From an uncultured Myxococcales bacterium (GTDB taxonomy: Bacteria; Myxococcota; UBA4151): DNA of 10,291 nt. This document shows positions 6,394-10,291 of this stretch, piece by piece. The stretch is taken from assembly GCA_964013405.1 (NCBI GenBank), contig CAXGWI010000131.1, positions 1 to 10,291 on the forward strand, read 5' to 3'. The notes below the pieces were generated by a model that did not search any database, was not told the origin of the DNA, and worked only from the letters and a program-made list of their open reading frames with translations. Both the position numbers and the translations under genes were made by a program. Numbering within the stretch: position 1 is the stretch's first letter; each line of letters opens with the position of its first letter.

Positions 6394-7152
6394 ATGAACA
6401 CACTGGCGATTTTGGCAATTCTGAGCGCCGGACCTGTGCCGCCCACGGACAGCACGGGGCTTGCGATGCTGGGCGTGAAGGGCTCCCATGGGGTGAAGCC
6501 TAGTTTGGCCCAGCTGCTGGACGAAGCCCTTTTGGTGAGCCTGAAGACATCTGGTGTTTTTAGTTCCGTGCTGGGGGCTTCCGATATCGCCCAGATCCTC
6601 GACCTTGAGGAGCAGAAGAGTATCACGGGCTGTGAGGAAGACTCGTGCCTTGCTGAGGCCGGGGGAGCCCTGGGTGTCCCATTCCTTGGTTCATGCACCG
6701 TGGGGAAACTGGGCACCCGTTACTTAGTCACGTTCAAGGTGATTCGCAGCGATGAAGCCAAAGTGGTGTCTCGAGCCATGCGCCAGGTGGACGACGAGGG
6801 GGGCTTGATCGACGCCGTGACGGCCTTGGTCAACGAGGTGAGTAAGGATGTCAAAGCGGCGATCGAAGCAGAGCGAGAGGTCCCGGAAATTGGTCAAGAC
6901 CAGGTCTCAAGGCGGAGCAAGAGCCCCCTTGCGAAGATGAGTCTCGGGCTTGCCGGGCTGGGCGCTTTGCTTGCCGGAGTCGGCGCGTATGTCCAGATGG
7001 ACGCCCAATCGACCTTCGACCTGGCCAAGTCGGACGGGGTGACGCTTCAGGAAGTCGACCAGATCGAGGGGGGCTTCCAAATGGGGCACCGTCTGGTCGG
7101 TGGAGGCGCTGGTCTGCTGGTGCTCGGGCTGCTTGGCGGGCTCTTCTTATGA
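6394..7152 (+). CDS. Exported protein with TolB_N/CsgG-like (DUF2380-like) domain and C-terminal Gly-rich hydrophobic segments (252 aa)
   Basis: Signal-like N-terminus. GCEEDSCLAEAGGALGV...CTVGKLGTRYLVTFKVI is typical of myxobacterial surface proteins. Two Gly/Leu-rich C-terminal hydrophobic stretches. ATGA overlap with the next gene. Confidence 0.75.
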   Translation: MNTLAILAILSAGPVPPTDSTGLAMLGVKGSHGVKPSLAQLLDEALLVSLKTSGVFSSVLGASDIAQILDLEEQKSITGCEEDSCLAEAGGALGVPFLGSCTVGKLGTRYLVTFKVIRSDEAKVVSRAMRQVDDEGGLIDAVTALVNEVSKDVKAAIEAEREVPEIGQDQVSRRSKSPLAKMSLGLAGLGALLAGVGAYVQMDAQSTFDLAKSDGVTLQEVDQIEGGFQMGHRLVGGGAGLLVLGLLGGLFL

Positions 7153-8528
7153 GGATCTTTTGCGCAGTTCTTATGGTCCTCGGGGCCTGCTGGGCGCCGA
7201 ACCTGGACGGTTATCAGCGCTGTGCGCGCGACGGTGACTGCGTGGCTCAACGTCTTTGCCAGGGGGGGGTATGCACCCCCGTCGGCCCGACGGATGGCGG
7301 CAGCCCCGTCCTGGGGCTTAGCGGGGTGGAGGGCATCACCGTCGATGGAGAGGCCTTTGAGCCCGTTCACGGTTACGCCACCCGGGGCTCGATGGATGAG
7401 CTGGGTCCGGGCTTGATCCTGATGTTGTCGAACGAGGCTTCCGCCCTGGAGGATGTGCGGGCGGGCCGGGAGGTGCTCAACGGCCGAGTGATCTCGCTTT
7501 GGGTTGCAGAGGTCGGGTCTGGAGATGGGGGACCTCAGGAAGGGGCCCCAGGAGTTGGGACGTACAACGCCTTTGTCCGGGCAGATCAAACGGGACCCGT
7601 GTTTTGGGCCCAGACGCGGCGCTACGACAATTGTGCGCCCAGCGGCTCCGAGGACCTCCTGGGGGGGCAACTGCGACTGGATACCGTGACAGAGACCCAT
7701 GTGTCGGGGCAATTGACGAACGTACTCCTCGGGGAGGCAGAGGGGAGCCTCTCCTTGCGCTTTCACCTGCCGGTCGAGCCCGCTCCTCCGGAGCCGGGGA
7801 GCCCCTGTGAACCCGTCGTCCATGGTACAGATTGTCAGGCGATCAAGGCGGACAGCGGGATCGCTGAGGGCGGCGGTTATTACACGGTTCGGGGAGCCGA
7901 TGACCGCCCCCTCCGGGTCTGGTGCAACGAGACGGGCTGGGCTCTTGTCGCCCGAGTGACAGCGAGTTGCCCCCTGTGGAACGCGGTCTCGGAGTCGGCC
8001 AACGAAAACGAGGCAGACGGCTCCTGTTACGGTCTTCCCCTACAAGCGCTGGACCCGGATGCCACCGGGGCCTCCAGTTTGTTCAAGGTCCTTATCTCCG
8101 CTGAGTCCGTGACGAAGACTCGAATCTTTACGGGCACAAGTCACAGTGTTTGGAGCAACGGGGAGGAGGCCCTCATCGACGCGGATGGCTTCATTCGGGT
8201 GAACCCGGGCACAGAATACACCGTCGCCTATGTCACATCCCAGCAGTTGATTCGTTTCCATCCAAGCCACGCATGGGCGGTCAGCTCGTGCACGGCAACT
8301 CAGTGTGAAGACGTGGAGGGCTCCGCTCCCTGTCGAAGTGGGGACGGGCGGACCCCAGCGGTTTGTGTCGAAGGGTACCAAGCTGGCTTGGACCAGGACG
8401 GTTTCGTGCTGCACAAGGATGGGAACGGTCAGGCCACGAACATCTCGGGCTGGGGAACATGGGAAGAGGCAGCCCTGGGCTCTTTGGAGCTCTGGTTGAA
8501 GCCTGCGCCCCCCCTGGAGGTCCCTTGA
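7149..8528 (+). CDS. Cys-rich lipoprotein with a fibrinogen-C-like (YCDxxxxGGGW-type) domain (459 aa)
   Basis: Lipobox LGA-C; Cys repeat CARDGDCVAQRLCQGGVC; Pro linker; DCQAIKADS...GYYTVRGADDRPLRVWCNETGWALVAR resembles the start of a fibrinogen-related domain. Confidence 0.8.
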   Translation: MRIFCAVLMVLGACWAPNLDGYQRCARDGDCVAQRLCQGGVCTPVGPTDGGSPVLGLSGVEGITVDGEAFEPVHGYATRGSMDELGPGLILMLSNEASALEDVRAGREVLNGRVISLWVAEVGSGDGGPQEGAPGVGTYNAFVRADQTGPVFWAQTRRYDNCAPSGSEDLLGGQLRLDTVTETHVSGQLTNVLLGEAEGSLSLRFHLPVEPAPPEPGSPCEPVVHGTDCQAIKADSGIAEGGGYYTVRGADDRPLRVWCNETGWALVARVTASCPLWNAVSESANENEADGSCYGLPLQALDPDATGASSLFKVLISAESVTKTRIFTGTSHSVWSNGEEALIDADGFIRVNPGTEYTVAYVTSQQLIRFHPSHAWAVSSCTATQCEDVEGSAPCRSGDGRTPAVCVEGYQAGLDQDGFVLHKDGNGQATNISGWGTWEEAALGSLELWLKPAPPLEVP

Positions 8529-8598
8529 TTGAACGAGATGATGGCTCGGCGACGCCCGACGAAATCCGACGCCCGAAATTGGCCTAAGGGGTTTTAGG

Positions 8599-8613
8599 GG
8601 ACAAGGGGCTGTG
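8599..8613 (+). repeat. Intergenic repeat copy 3 (GGACAAGGGGCTGTG)
   Basis: 15/15 identical to 1177-1191. Confidence 0.6.
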
Positions 8614-8725
8614 GGCTTTGCTGCCTCGTTTAAAACTCAGTGAAGCTAAGTTTGCTTACTATCGCGGAACTAACCAAGGTCTGCACGACAGCTTACAACT
8701 GGAAAACGAAAGGATCCATGTAGCG

Positions 8726-9402
8726 ATGATCAAGCGATTTGTATGGGTGATGTCCGTTTTGTTCTTCGTACCCATTTCAGCCGACGCGATGGATGCGACG
8801 ACACTAAAAACTGGAGTAACCGAACATGAGGTAACTTTGGGGACGACCCACCCGGTTGGCAAAGAGGGAGTTGGTATTGAATGGCCAGATGGGAAAATCC
8901 GACCTGGAATGAGATGTCCCCCAATTTTGGGTATCGCTTTCGGCGCGGCCTGACTGACCGTTTGGATGCCACGTTGCACTTAAACTATCTTCAAACGCTA
9001 GGTTCGGTTGACCTACGTTTGGCCGGCCAACTGCTGGGCGGCGGCTCGACTTCGGGGCTTTCCATAAAACTCGAAACGGGTTTGGAGGTTAATTTGCTCC
9101 TTAATGACGATACTTCGATCCCTCTGCAGTTGAGTGCGGGACTTCCCTTGGGTCAGAAGCAAATCGGGGTGGTTATGGGGGTTCGGGCTTTCAAGAACTT
9201 CTGGGTGAACGATGACTCCCCCTTTCTTTTGACACCGAACTTTGGAATCGGCGCCCGCATGCCTTGGGGCAGGCGAAAGCTATCGCTACGGCTGAGTTAC
9301 ATCCAATCACTAACCCCACCCGACGGTGAGCCTGGTGTCGAGCAAGAACTCGTGGACAACATAGCTGGACTTCTCTTTACGGAGTTTGGCGTGGCGTTTT
9401 AA
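8726..9402 (+). pseudogene. Frameshifted gene for a secreted, probably outer-membrane beta-barrel, protein
   Basis: The signal peptide MIKRFVWVMSVLFFVPISADA (from ATG 8726) is in one frame. The amphipathic beta-strand region ending FGVAF-stop is in the -1 frame (8881-9402). The switch must lie between 8881 and 8950. It may be a sequencing indel rather than a true pseudogene. Confidence 0.65.
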
Positions 9403-9673
9403 CGGTATCGCAGGCTTCATCCAACTCGACGCGCCCACTGCCGCAGAAAGCCTCACGACAGGCGTTGTCGCAGCCGTCGTCTTCCACTGGGTTGGCGTCC
9501 TAGCATTCGTCTTCGGCTGACCTCAGAACCCAACTTCATGACGCGCGTCTTATCGCCATTTCCCACTGCAAGAAGTGTGGAGCATCCACGCGATCCATGA
9601 TCAATAAGCGGGGCTCAACCGTTGATGTGTTCTCGGCAGGAACATATCGTTCTGGAATCTGGAGAAAAAACTC

Positions 9674-10291
9674 GTGTTGAATCGACCACTTACCGGCTTG
9701 GCCTTAACGACTTTGTTCACTTTGGGTGCATGCGAAAACGCCCAAAAGACGGAGGGAGCGAAAGAAAAACCTCCCACTGAGGCGACTTCAACAACGGATT
9801 CAGCGTCGTCGACAGGCCCCCGGGTTCAAACCAAATCGGCGACCGGCAAGGCGCCAAACCAGAGCCAAGAAATTATCGTCTTCAATCCCTTGAAGCCGCC
9901 CCCTGGATACAAAAATTGCCATCACAATCACTGCCACCTTGTGGGTGGTGGGGTTGAGTCCTACCAGCAAGTGATGGAGAAAATGGGCGCGACGAAAATT
10001 ATCGAGCCGCCGAAGCCTCCGGCACCAGCAGATGTTGCGGCTCCACCGGAGGACGCGACACGCACGGCCAGTGGACTGGCCTATAAACTGCTCACGGCCG
10101 GTTCAAGCAACACCAAACCGACGCTCGAGAGCACTGTGGTTGCGCACATCAACAGCTGGAGCACAGACGGTAAATCACTCTCGAGCACCTCGGCCAGAAA
10201 GCGTCCTGCCACCATTCCACTCCAACGTGTCTTTAAGGGACTTCAGGAAGCATTCATGCTGATGGACGTGGGTTCCGAGTACCGATTTTGG
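9674..10291 (+). CDS. FKBP-type peptidyl-prolyl isomerase-family lipoprotein, 3'-truncated by the window edge (206 codons visible)
   Basis: Not in the ORF track; translated by hand from GTG 9674 (GGAG at 9661): MLNRPLTGLALTTLFTLGACENAQK...PADVAAPPEDATRTASGLAYKLLTAGSSNTKPTLESTVVAHINSWSTDGKSLSST...RVFKGLQEAFMLMDVGSEYRFW. Open to the end of the window. Confidence 0.88.
   Translation, partial: MLNRPLTGLALTTLFTLGACENAQKTEGAKEKPPTEATSTTDSASSTGPRVQTKSATGKAPNQSQEIIVFNPLKPPPGYKNCHHNHCHLVGGGVESYQQVMEKMGATKIIEPPKPPAPADVAAPPEDATRTASGLAYKLLTAGSSNTKPTLESTVVAHINSWSTDGKSLSSTSARKRPATIPLQRVFKGLQEAFMLMDVGSEYRFW

Noticed and set aside
4413..8528. Diversity-generating retroelement targeting the neighbouring lipoprotein
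   Set aside because: I found no approximately 100-bp TR/VR pair differing at adenines. The RT lacks the DGR-type LPIGNLTSQ motif, and the small ORF is not Avd-like. A remote target cannot be excluded from this window.
8891..8898. Programmed -1 ribosomal frameshift at GGGAAAA
   Set aside because: The zero-frame codons are GGG AAA, not the X XXY YYZ phase required; an indel is more parsimonious.
1..10291. CRISPR array, tRNA/rRNA, transposase or integrase
   Set aside because: No regularly spaced repeats, cloverleaf, rRNA-like sequence or DDE/tyrosine/serine recombinase motifs were seen.

Overview
Bacterial window, probably Myxococcota/deltaproteobacterial (inferred from protein types and GC-rich codons). 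The centre (about 1270-6260) looks like a compact antiphage island. It holds a CorA-like 2-TM membrane protein (-), a divergent macro-like + HEPN/DUF4145 (RNxxxH) protein (+), and a convergent minus-strand unit. That unit consists of a hairpin-rich non-coding leader (about 6048-6262), a 67-aa protein, and a translationally coupled stand-alone reverse transcriptase (YTDD, GVPTG), followed by another structured non-coding segment. The RT looks group II-like / UG17 (DRT10)-like, but a small soluble protein sits where a SLATT effector would be expected, so this is a candidate undescribed ncRNA + accessory protein + RT defence system. Left flank: a SHOCT + L7/L12-CTD-like membrane protein. Right flank: a secreted/lipoprotein pair, a frameshifted outer-membrane protein gene, and a truncated FKBP-type lipoprotein missing from the ORF track. 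A GGACAAGGGG motif recurs in three intergenic regions. All family calls are from motif recognition by eye; no searches were run.
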